Below are positions 12,446 to 22,600 of a stretch of 64,000 bases of DNA, one piece after another. A program made the translations under genes and the position numbers. The notes below the pieces were generated by a model. It searched no databases, was not told where the DNA came from, and was given only the letters and a program-made list of their open reading frames with translations. Position 1 is the stretch's first letter. Every line of letters starts with the position of its first letter. Source of the DNA: Macrostomum lignano (Eukaryota); assembly GCA_002269645.1 (NCBI GenBank), contig NIVC01000206.1:496001-560000 (forward strand), in the 5' to 3' direction.

Positions 12446-13621
12446 TCAGGCATGGTTAAACAGGTATTTGATGACGAGCCGCATGCCAGGATCGATGTAG
12501 ATCTCTCGCAGACGTCTAGCCAGGGTGTTGTGCTCGCAGCTCCGCTCAGCAGGTGCTGGATAATGATGCAGCCGGTCTTTCGCTAGGCTGCTCACTCTGT
12601 AGACAGCGAAGGCTTGGTAGCAGGACTCCACTTTGACTGGAATGCTGTTCCGGTTTATAGCAATTTCATCCGTGATGATGCTGCGATCGTATTCAGTAAC
12701 GCTGCAGAACCGCTTCTTGCTGAAATAGGTGCGAGAGCAGGGATCGTAGAGTCCGTTTCGAAAGCGGCTGTTGGCGCAGAGTACGTCCAGTTTGGGCTTG
12801 GCGCTGAAGTAGTAAATTCCCTGAGCAATGTTGTCCAAGCTCCATGGATCCCACTCCAGATCTGGATCAACTGAAATCATCAGATCAACTTTATCTGCCA
12901 AATTGTCGTAAATGTAGTTCAGGTACATATTTCTGAGGACACTCATTGTGATGCCGCGATCAACGAGTTCTTCTTCCGTACGCTGCTGTCCCCAGCCGGG
13001 TCTGTGCACCTTCCCGGACCTGTATGTGATGTTAATTTTGCACGGGGCTCTTGAGTTTATTGGCGTGCATCCGAGAATCACCGTCTGATTGTGTTTCCGA
13101 CGCACGTCGTGAAGAAACTCTCGGGTGCCATCGTTCGAGTCATTCTCAACGAAAATCATCCAGTAGTCTTTGAAGAGCTTGCCCAATCTGTGCAACTCCA
13201 CGACGTTTTTCTGCAAGCGCTCCTTGGCGTTTCGCACTGACGCGACAAATACGGCAGTTTTGGTGCGCATCCAGTCTCTCCCAATACGCGTTCGATAGTT
13301 TTGGTCAAGCTCGCGATTCTCTCGTCGCATAAGAGGCATACGTTCGCGTGTATGGACGAAGTACATGGAGCTGTTCTGCAAGTGCAAGACTTCAGCGTGT
13401 CCGTAGCTAAAATCGGAAGATTTTTTCTCAATAAGTTCAGGATCGAGTTGTGTCACAGCGCTTCTGCTGGTTCTGTCTGGACGGTTGATAGAAAGTATAG
13501 CGTTGGGAATTTTTCTTATCTGATGAAAGTAGTCCGTTGTGAGGTGTACATGTAGCATGGATAAACAAAACAGGACATTGCATGAAACAAGAATGCCGGC
13601 GAAAAATTTCATGCCGATCAT
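12446..13621 (-). CDS. Intronless type II membrane GT-A glycosyltransferase, CAP59/CMT1 (GT69)-like, copy 1 (391 aa)
   Basis: N-terminal hydrophobic signal anchor and stem, then motifs VFVASVRN, IFVENDSNDGT, MSVLRNMYL, DPD (DxD), YD, VESCYQAFAVY, CEH, IYIDP. These are recalled as typical of CAP59_mtransfer-like proteins; family assignment is from memory. Confidence 0.75.
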   Translation of the reverse strand: MIGMKFFAGILVSCNVLFCLSMLHVHLTTDYFHQIRKIPNAILSINRPDRTSRSAVTQLDPELIEKKSSDFSYGHAEVLHLQNSSMYFVHTRERMPLMRRENRELDQNYRTRIGRDWMRTKTAVFVASVRNAKERLQKNVVELHRLGKLFKDYWMIFVENDSNDGTREFLHDVRRKHNQTVILGCTPINSRAPCKINITYRSGKVHRPGWGQQRTEEELVDRGITMSVLRNMYLNYIYDNLADKVDLMISVDPDLEWDPWSLDNIAQGIYYFSAKPKLDVLCANSRFRNGLYDPCSRTYFSKKRFCSVTEYDRSIITDEIAINRNSIPVKVESCYQAFAVYRVSSLAKDRLHHYPAPAERSCEHNTLARRLREIYIDPGMRLVIKYLFNHA

Positions 13622-14579
13622 TTTGCTATCGGAATGTACGTGAGCCTTTTTTGACTAGTAAATAGCGCGTGTAATGCATTTTTCTTTTAGGATTGGCTGT
13701 TGAATAACTCGTTTAAGAATTGGAATGATAAAAACAAATTAAAACTATATACAATATATTTTTAATTGAATTAATAACTTGGCCAAAAAAATACATTTAC
13801 ACAACTTTCTTCTGTAAAAACTATTTTGTTAAGCTTTTCTCGACTTTTATAACAGAATAATTATTTAATAATGACACGAATTTTGAAATGTACGATTTCC
13901 TAATAAAACACGTGTCTCTTTGATTTCCACTGCAATTGTCATTGTCTGACAAACGTAGGTAAAATTGCTTGTTAGAAATTTTTAGGAACTTTAAATTGGG
14001 ACATCGGGCTGAAAATTATTACTGATTTCTACAGAAGTACGCGCGTACCTTTAATCATTAGGGACCCAAAAGATAACAAAATTAAATTTCTATCTGGAGT
14101 TTTTTCTGAATTGATCAAATAATTCTAAAATTTATTATTTATGAGTTGTTTTCTATATTTGTTTGTGTTTGTGTTTCTTGTATTGGCTAGTTAATTTACT
14201 TTTATGGGTTAACTGAAGAAATGAAGTACAGGAGTTGTTTGTATTAGTATTGCACAGTTCTTGTGTTTAGGGGTCTGGCGCCTGTCTCGGGGTTCATTTT
14301 AAATAAATTGAATTTAAAGTAAGATACATTGACTCAGAACTTGACCTTCTTGTCCAAAATCCTTACATTCGATGCCCCATGTATGTCATGCTTGTACACT
14401 TTATTAGAAGGCCCATATCTTAATTTGAAACAGTTAATGGACATCTTAATTCTTAACCTGATATTACCACGATCACATAAATCTGAAATTTTTGGCCCGA
14501 GGCGGCTTCTTAAATTAAGAAAAGTTGCTGTTTTTACTGCATGGTTCATTACTTCCATAGCCTACATTGCATGTAGTAT

Positions 14580-14820
14580 GGGGTTGTAGCCTGGTGGTTA
14601 GGGCATCGGACTCGCGACTGAAAGATCTGGGTTTCAATTCTCGACCCACTCGGAACAGTTTGTGTCCTTGAACAGGACATTTAACTCTGCATTGCTTCAG
14701 TTCACCCAGCTGTAAAATGGGTGCCAGCATTAGCTGGGGTAGTTGAGGATGTGTGTGGCGACCCTCATGCAGTCCTTGGACTGAACAGCCGTACGCAGTC
14801 ATCAAATGCGCCGCGCAAAA
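14580..14820 (+). mobile_element. tRNA-derived CORE-type SINE, copy 1
   Basis: A-box-like TAGCCTGGTGG and degenerate B-box GGTTTCAATTC, followed by TGTGTCCTTGAACAGGACATTTAACTCTGCATTGCTTCAGTTCACCCAGCTGTAAAATGGG, which resembles the MIR/CORE domain. Second copy at 57037-57289. Confidence 0.8.
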
Positions 14821-15231
14821 GCGACAGAATTAGACACCGAATGAACAGACACGTGCTGATCATACTTACATTCACATGCAGTCTACAGATATGATATTAC
14901 CACGAGGGCAAAGGGTAAGGGTGCCAAAGGGAGAGCCTTTTATGTCATAGACACATAATTAGACAGGTACATACTATTTTATAGGAGCAGAAAGAAAGGA
15001 TTCAATTTTCAAAATGGAAGAAGTGGATATCAACTTTGAAATAGACTAATTTCAACTTCGACTGGCTGGACAACTTTGAATTACTTGACTTAGCTGTAAT
15101 TGGTACTGGTCTGTAGACACAGCGGTAGCCCCTGAAAGCCCGCAGACAGGTACATGTAGATGCGTGGGGCTGGTCAGGGTGGTCCGCCGGTCCGTCCTGC
15201 AGCGTGATCTTTGTAGGAAATAAGGGGGCTT

Positions 15232-15757
15232 GCCTAGTCGCCCGAAGGAACTATTGTAGATGAGCCGTGGAATGCTGTCGGGCTGGGAGACCTCGTCAAT
15301 GGACGGGTCGGTCCGAGGTAGCGTAGCCGGTCTCTCGTAAAGAAAGGGCAGTGATAAACAAAAGTGCTGAGTATCTTCATTGTCGTACGCGCAAAAAGGG
15401 CAAAGTTCACTATCGAGATCGCCTCGGAGAAAGCAGTGCCTGGCGAGGTAGCCATGGCCGGTAAGGTCATGACAAGGGCTGGAGATGATGGTGGCGCAGC
15501 TTCGCTCCGGCTTCTGCCCGCTTCTTCTCCGCGATTTTCAGTCAGGGATCAACCCTGGCGTCGCCGTGGTTTGTCCTGACTGTGGCCTTGAGCCCCAAAC
15601 GGTGGCCCACCTCTTCAACTGCCCTGCCTATCTGACGCAGCTTTGTCCGGGTGATCTATGGACTAACCCAATCGAGACGTGCACCTTTCTGGAGTCGGCT
15701 GCCCTCAGCAGGCTGGGACCCCGGTCGTAGGTTAACACATACAACAAGGGCTCGAAT
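15232..15757 (+). mobile_element. 3' fragment of a non-LTR retrotransposon (C-terminal CX2C...HX4C domain)
   Basis: ORF 15485-15730 VAQLRSGFCP...CPDCGLEPQTVAHLFNCP...LWTNP, a common LINE ORF2 C-terminal motif, followed by a short TACAACAA tail. Confidence 0.65.
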
Positions 15758-18520
15758 TTCTGACGATTGGTGACCTTCGAGGGCATAGGGACCAGGGGAA
15801 CAGGGCCAAAGAAAGAGCCAAAGCCGCCAACTCAATGTCTGCCAACTCGTTCCCCGGAAACCCTGCGCGCCCTGGGATCCACTTCAGCCTGACACTATTG
15901 CTACTGGCCAGGAGGTTGAGCTGCCGGGCGCAGTCAGCGACTGTCCGGGAGTTTGTGGTGGTGTGGCAAAGGGCCTGTAAGAGGGTCTCCTGAGCGAAGC
16001 CGTTTCCAAGCACGGCCTACTCAAGTTTATCGACCAGGACGTGCAGCGCGCTTTCATTGCGTGCGACCCGCCCGAAAAGCGTGCTGGTTTTCGCTGAGAG
16101 GCTTGTTCTTCAGCTCAACAGAGAGGAGGCGCCAGAGCACCAGTCTTTCCATCAGCTTGACCAGGGAGAAGGTCAGACTGATTGGTCTGAAGGATTTGAT
16201 AGAATGGTAGTCCGGGCGGCCTGGCTTCGGAATGAAGATCACCTTTGCCTCGGTCCCAAGCCTGTGGGACATGGCCAAGCGTTATGCATGCCCGAAAAAG
16301 GCTTACGCAGTTTACGCAGGAAGCCTATGCATTTAACCGTCTCTTTTAGGAGGGCAGGTACAATGCCGTCGGGTCCTGGGGCTTTGAAAGGTTTGAAGTA
16401 GTTTGCCGCGGTACTCTGTGATGATAGAGTCAGCCAGCGCGTGACCTCCTTCAGAGTGGCCCGGAGTGGTCAGGTTGGCCGGCTCGTTGGGGGAAAACGC
16501 AGAGAGCATTACATCAAGCGTTTCCCCTGGGTTATCCATGGACGTGCCGTCGGTGCGTTTGACCGAGGAGAGCTTAGACATTTTGTCCAGCGTAAGTGCT
16601 TTAACAATTCTGGAGGTGGAGTGTAAGCCTCTAGCTCCTCGCAGTATTGACGCCATTTCTGAGCTTTCGCGTTCCTGACCTGCCTTTTAAACTCATGGAT
16701 TGCTTCATGATAGGCGGTTTGGTCCGCTGGGCTCTTGGCTTCAGTTGCTCTGCAATGGAGTCTCTTAGCTCTGCGGCGGAGGTTGCCGAGCTCGTTCCAC
16801 CACTGCGCAGATTTTTTTCCCTTTATAGGCTTTTAAAGGACAGGATGCCTCAAAGGCGGCGGTTAGCGTTTCTGTCAACAAAGTCGCGCACTCATCCGCT
16901 CCTTGGCAAGTCGACGTGATCGTGGATGGTTGGCCGGAAAACCGATAAACTCCTTCAGGGCGAGCCCGAAGGTTTCCCAATCAGTGTTTCTGATGTCCAG
17001 TCTCCATGTAACACGATTTTGCTGCGCGCGGCCATCAGGTTGAAGGAGATGAACTTGTGATCGGAGAGTGAGGAGGCTGGAAGCACCCGCCACGCCCCAA
17101 TGCTTTGGTAGAGCCCGGGTGTTGCGAGTGTGGTATCGATCACCTCCTATCACAGCCCGTTGTCAAATGTAGGGGTGGACCCAGAGTTGCAGAACTCAAG
17201 GGTCGTAGAGGCAACGTAGGCTAGGAGTCTTCGCCTCTCTGATTAATGCCCTTGCTGCCCCAGTGAGTATGGTGGGCGTTGAATGTCGCCAGCAACCATG
17301 AGCTCGCAGTTTTTGGCAGAGCAAAGCTCGACCAGCGTAGCGAGGGTTCTAACGACGACCGAAGCATCACCTGGTAGGTAAAGCGAGGCAATGAGAGTGG
17401 TTTTTCTAGGAAGGAGATCTTCAGATTGGATGACGCAGATGTCCCTGTTAGACAGGTCCTATCTGTGTCACGCGCTGAGCGTTTTGCCGGGAAAAATGCA
17501 GTCTCTGGGAGGCTGATTGGCACTGCCGGGGTAAGTATAGAAACAGTTGTAGCCGGAAGGGGCGTTCTGAGGCTAACCTCTGAGGGTCCAAGGTTCCTGG
17601 ACGAGGATGAGCCCCGGTATGTGGAGCTCGGCCTAACGCATAAGGTTGACCGAGGCTGCGACGCAGTGCTGCAAGTTGATCGGCATCGGATTCCCAGGCT
17701 GCTGATCATTATCACGCAGTTGGGGAATCGTGGAGCAGGTCATCCTCCTCAGAGGTCATCCTCCTCATCCTCGGAGGTGGTTGGCCCGCAGACCTCCATG
17801 GGAGTTTCAGCGTCCTCGGCAGTTAAGGTGGCTGTGGAGTCCTCCGCGGACGTGAGCCCAGCGTGGACGTTTCCGTCGCCTCCCCTGTGTGCTTCGGCGC
17901 CGTCACTACCCATACCCTCCGCCTCGTTGGTCAGGTCGATGCGGGTGACGCCAACTTCCTAGTGAGTGACAGCCTCTAACCAGTCAGTCAGCGCCTCCAC
18001 GCTTTTAACCTGGTCTTCTGGCTGTTGGGTTGGAGCACGAGAAGTGCAGACCCGCTCAAGATGCGCCCGGAGGTTCCTGGCCTGGTCCAGCGCGCGCTGA
18101 ACCAGACCGGACCTCCGGGGGCTCCTGGCAGGTCTGCAGTTGCTCACTTTCTCAGCTTCTCAGCTTCAGAGGCCTCTAACCAATTGGTTCGATTTCGCCA
18201 ATGGCCACAATAATTTTTGGTTACTCCACCAAAGCTGCCATGCGATTCACTCTTCTTGCATGTACGAACGTATGTGGGCCAACCTCCGGGGCATACAAAG
18301 TGTGTACATGCACAGCCAGACGATAAGAGAGTCAGGCCGGGCCGGACGCTATGCACCCTGTCTAAGCGTGTGGTATGTTGTACGTGTCCGTGTGCGGGGT
18401 GACACTTCTCAGGTGTCAGTTTTTGGCGGCGGTGCCCAAAGCGCCTATGTGAACGATATAAACTAGCCATCCTGGTGTGAGTTTTCGCACATAATAATTC
18501 CAACCTACAGCTCATCTCCA
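15758..18520 (-). mobile_element. Degenerate, internally deleted LINE (APE endonuclease - partial RT - RNase H), LOA/Lian-like
   Basis: APE start PINLQHCVAASVNLMR*...LILVQEPW (about 17680-17580) and FNAHHTHWGS...N; RT N-terminal motif VIFIPKPG...SFRPISL...NQHAFRAGR...ESALHVLV; RNase H end LKWIPGRAGFPGNELAD. Multiple frameshifts and stops. The 5' boundary is approximate. Confidence 0.85.
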
Positions 18521-19071
18521 TTGAAGGCTACTTCAGGTGCCAATGGCGCGCCTTTGCAGATTTTGGTAGACATTTTCCCGCCAATCTACTAAACGTAGCA
18601 CTCTACGAAAAGTAGTATCGAAAAGTGCGTCAATGACGAAAACTGTTAATGAGAGTAGCGGGTTTTTATATTCACCCCATGGAGAAAGAAAGGAATGGAT
18701 GATGGAGTGCTAATCTGACTGAGATATTTTTGTTTTGCTCTTTTTCGACTTTTGGCACCTAGCTGGTACCCCCGACACACTTATCAAATTGTTTTGGCTT
18801 AATCCGCTTACATATACATGTATGCATTGTGCGTAGGCACAAAATCCGCCTAAGTAGATAAAGCTGTCTCCATTGAATTACTGATCCTGTTTGTCACACG
18901 TACGCAAGTCTGCACATAAACAAAAACTATAATTTGCTACAAAGTACAAATCATCTACGCAAGTTAAACCCTGTTTTGCCACCTGTTGCCATAACTTATC
19001 GCGTATTTTTGTGAAATTTTGTTATTGCCAACAGTGAAAATATTTTTGCTTAATGTTTTTGTGTTGCCCTC

Positions 19072-19178
19072 CAGGGGCGCCAGCACCAAGGGGCTTTTAG
19101 CACCTGGGGCTTTAGCACCAGGGGCGCCAGCACCAGAGGCGCCAGCACCAGGGACTTTAGCACCAGGGGCGTTAGCAG
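19072..19178. repeat. Short GC-rich minisatellite, about 15-16-bp unit (AGCACCAGGGGC core)
   Basis: About 7 visible degenerate copies. Confidence 0.85.
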
Positions 19179-19900
19179 GAGCCTATCAGTAGCACGTGCA
19201 TGTCGATCTAGATCTCATTTCTCAAGCTCATGCAATACTTCGCAGAATATATTTTCAAATCGTTGAGCTGGAGCTGGCTGATGAGGCCAGCAGAAGTTGT
19301 TAATGATGCGAGCATTTTGAGGTTCTAATAACCCAAACTGCACAGTTGTAATGTTGTTACTAATGGAGTTTTGCAATAGACTACAAAATCAGAGACAGAG
19401 CTTAGATCGATCAGTTTAAATCGATGGCATTGTCTCCAAGGCGCTCCAATTTGCGGTCAATGGAAACGCAGCACCTATAGGGCAATGAGTGCAGACACCT
19501 GTGGCTAGACTCTTGTCTGACCTTATAATTGTGCATTCCATGGAAGTCAACACTAATATAAGCTTATCCGGCATATGATCAGTCTGGACAAAATATGCTT
19601 ATGAGTGAGCAACAGCTGTTTTCTTCTATAGCATCTGTTTTCTTTATGGATGTGCAGCACAAAGGATCGATGCAAAATACTTACAAAACAAGGTCGCCCG
19701 ATCGAGCGAGTTTAACCAATTATTTTTGCTACCTGTTTACCATCCATGCATGCAGGGCTCACATGCAATACACTGTAGGTATCATATTTTTTGTATTTCT
19801 TTGTATATTTGTTTTTTGTCTTTCGCAAGAAAATTATTTTTTTGTCGTTTGCTACTCTTATTACTCCCTTCACCTCCAGTTTTAGTAGCATAAATTAGAC

Positions 19901-21049
19901 TCAATCTGTAGCTATAATGAACCATTCAGGTATGATCAAACATCGCAGACGTCTAGCCAGGGTGTTGTGCTCGCAGCTCCGCTCAGCAGGTGCTGGATAA
20001 TGATGCAGCCGGTCTTTCGCTAGGCTGCTCACTCTGTAGACAGCGAAGGCTTGGTAGCAGGACTCCACTTTGACTGGAATGCTGTTCCGGTTTATAGCAA
20101 TTTCATCCGTGATGATGCTGCGATCGTCTTCGGTAACGCTGCAGAACCGCTTCTTGCTGAAATACGTTCGAGCACAGGGATCGTAGAGTACATTTGAAAA
20201 GCGGCTGTTGGCGCAGAGTACGTCCAGTTTGGGCTTGGCGCTGAAGTAGTAAATTCCCTGAGCAATGTTGTCCAAGCTCCATGGATCCCACTCCAGATCT
20301 GGATCAACTGAAATCATCAGATCAACTTTATCTGCCAAACTGTCGTAAATGTAGTTCAGGTACATGTTTCTGAGGACACTCATTGTGATGCCGCGATCAA
20401 CGAGTTCCTCTTCCGTACGCTGCTGTCCCCAGCCGGGTCTGTGCACCTTCCCGGACCTGTATGTGATGTTAATTTTGCACGGGGCTCTTGAGTTTATTGG
20501 CGTGCATCCGAGAATCACCGTCTGATTGTGTTTCCGACGCACGTCGTGAAGAAACTCTCGGGTGCCATCGTTCGAGTCATTCTCAACGAAAATCATCCAG
20601 TAGTCTTTGAAGAGCTTGCCCAATCTGTGCAACTCCACGACGTTTTTCTGCAAGCGCTCCTTGGCGTTTCGCACTGACGCGACAAATACGGCAGTTTTGG
20701 TGCGCATCCAGTCTCTCCCAATACGCGTTCGATAGTTTTGGTCAAGCTCGCGATTCTCTCGTCGCATAAGAGGCATACGTTCGCGTGTATGGACGAAGTA
20801 CATGGAGCTGTTCTGCAAGTGCAAGACTTCAGCGTGTCCGTAGCTAAAATCGGAAGATTTTTTCTCGATAAGTTCAGGATCGAGTTGTGTCACACGGTGT
20901 TTGCTTCGCTCTAGCTGATTGATAAAAATAATACCATTTGTAAATTTTCCGAATTGATAGAAGTAGTCCGTTGTGAGATGTATCATGGATATACAAAACA
21001 AAACATTAAATGAAACAAGAAGGCAGGCAAAAAGTTTCTTGTCGAACAT
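19901..21049 (-). CDS. CAP59/GT69-like glycosyltransferase, copy 2 (likely start MFDKK at 21049); C-terminus frameshifted
   Basis: Core 19943-20894 is near-identical to 12506-13457. A 43-bp deletion relative to copy 1 removes EIYIDPGMRLVIKYL and shifts the frame, so this may be a hypomorph or young pseudogene. Confidence 0.7.
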   Translation of the reverse strand: MFDKKLFACLLVSFNVLFCISMIHLTTDYFYQFGKFTNGIIFINQLERSKHRVTQLDPELIEKKSSDFSYGHAEVLHLQNSSMYFVHTRERMPLMRRENRELDQNYRTRIGRDWMRTKTAVFVASVRNAKERLQKNVVELHRLGKLFKDYWMIFVENDSNDGTREFLHDVRRKHNQTVILGCTPINSRAPCKINITYRSGKVHRPGWGQQRTEEELVDRGITMSVLRNMYLNYIYDSLADKVDLMISVDPDLEWDPWSLDNIAQGIYYFSAKPKLDVLCANSRFSNVLYDPCARTYFSKKRFCSVTEDDRSIITDEIAINRNSIPVKVESCYQAFAVYRVSSLAKDRLHHYPAPAERSCEHNTLARRLRCLIIPEWFIIATD

Positions 21050-21902
21050 TTTGTTGCGTACTTGATTCGTTTGTTTGTTTTTTGCCGTGACAATTTTTTT
21101 ACCAGTCGTTGACTTGTAGAAAAAGCTTAACACTAGAAGTACTATCTGAATTAAAAAGCTTTATTTTATTGTGATTCGCACACTTCACTCTTTTTATACT
21201 TCACGAAATGCTACTCGTTATAACTGTTTGACAATTTTAGTGAATTGGAAGAAAATACAACTATGGTAATAGTTTTAATTAAAGTAGTTGTAGATTTAAT
21301 TTTTTTAATTACGGTTGATTATTTACTTTTGTTATTTTCATAAAACTTTTGTGTAAAATTTAAAATAACTATGCTAAGCATGTTGCGCGGCCTGATGATG
21401 CCTGAGCCTGAGCCTGTTTATATGTAAGCTATTGAACTTTTTCCTCATCTCGATGCAACAGTGTATAGTGCAATGCAATATAATTGAAGTGCAGTGTAGG
21501 TCAGGTATAGGATCGGATGAATTATACTTTTCATTGCTGTAACTATTGACTTGCAAGGAAGTTATAACTTATAAGATAAATTTCTATAAAGTTATAAAGT
21601 TATAAGCAAAATAAATTAAAAAAGAGGTGAAAAAACTTTCTTATGAACTAATTATGTTGTAAATACAATTTTTATTTAATAATGTTTGAGATTTCAAAGA
21701 GAATTTGAAAATTTTGAATTGATTTTTGTTCATAACAAAGGTCGATAGGCTAGGCCTAGGCCTATGACGTATATTATTATAATATTTAAACAAAAGTGCT
21801 AACTTTAAATATTTTGTTCAATAATAAAAAAGTTGTTAAATTCAGGTAATGTAGCTCGCTTGATAAACAGTGAATAAATGAAGGAAATGAAGAAGGATCA
21901 AC

Positions 21903-22600
21903 GGCAATCCTACACTTCCGTTCGGTAAATTATTTTCACATTTGAATTCGTACCACCGAGTCAAATGACGTCGATTGGCAATGTGTCTATGGCCAAAAGT
22001 TTGAGCGAACAGAGTTTAAAGGGGTGTCAGTTTAAGGGAGCTGTTGCTTGTGAGCTGCTTGTTTTATTGAGCTTCAATTTCTCATATCTTCCAGTCTTCA
22101 TTGCCATGGAGACATGTCCACACCAACACCGTGGAGGGCACATGGGCCCACGCGAAGTGCAAGATCCGCAACATGCATGGCACGAGCGATGCTCTCTTCG
22201 ACGCACACATTGAGGAATTTCTCTGGCGTCGTCTGTATCCCCAATGTCTATTTGGGGCTATCCTGTACTGGATTGGACATTACTATCCATTGTAGACACC
22301 TTAATGACCTGCAGACACACTCTAAGTGACTATGCGCTCTAACAGACTGCTACCATGTTCCACTGTTTTAGTTTTGTTTGGTTACATTGTTCTTTACCAC
22401 GCCTGTTCAAAATTCAATGTCAAAATAATTTACCGAACAGAAGTGTAGGATTCAGACACTCTAAGTGACTATGCGCTCTAACAGACTGCTAGTGCTACCA
22501 TGTTCCACTGTTTTAGTTTTGTTTGGTTACATTGTTATTTACCACGCCTGTTCAAAATTCAATGTCAAAATAATTTACCGAACGGAAGTGTAGGATTGTT
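21903..22600 (+). mobile_element. Non-autonomous Merlin (IS1595/ISXO2-like) DNA transposon with 8-bp TSD
   Basis: About 45-bp TIRs GGCAATCCTACACTTCCGTTCGGTAAATTATTTT; TSD GGATCAAC at 21895-21902 and 22601-22608; internal transposase C-terminal fragment HTNTVEGTWAHAK...HIEEFLWRR...YYPL (22101-22295); about 140-bp tandem duplication of the right end (22313-22597). Confidence 0.88.

Noticed and set aside
14460-14905. 13-bp direct repeat GATATTACCACGA around the SINE
   Set aside because: It lies about 110 bp from the SINE head, so it is not a target-site duplication.
19273-19291. CTGATGAG hammerhead-like core
   Set aside because: It forms the loop of a simple GCTGGC/GCCAGC hairpin, with no stem II followed by GAAA.
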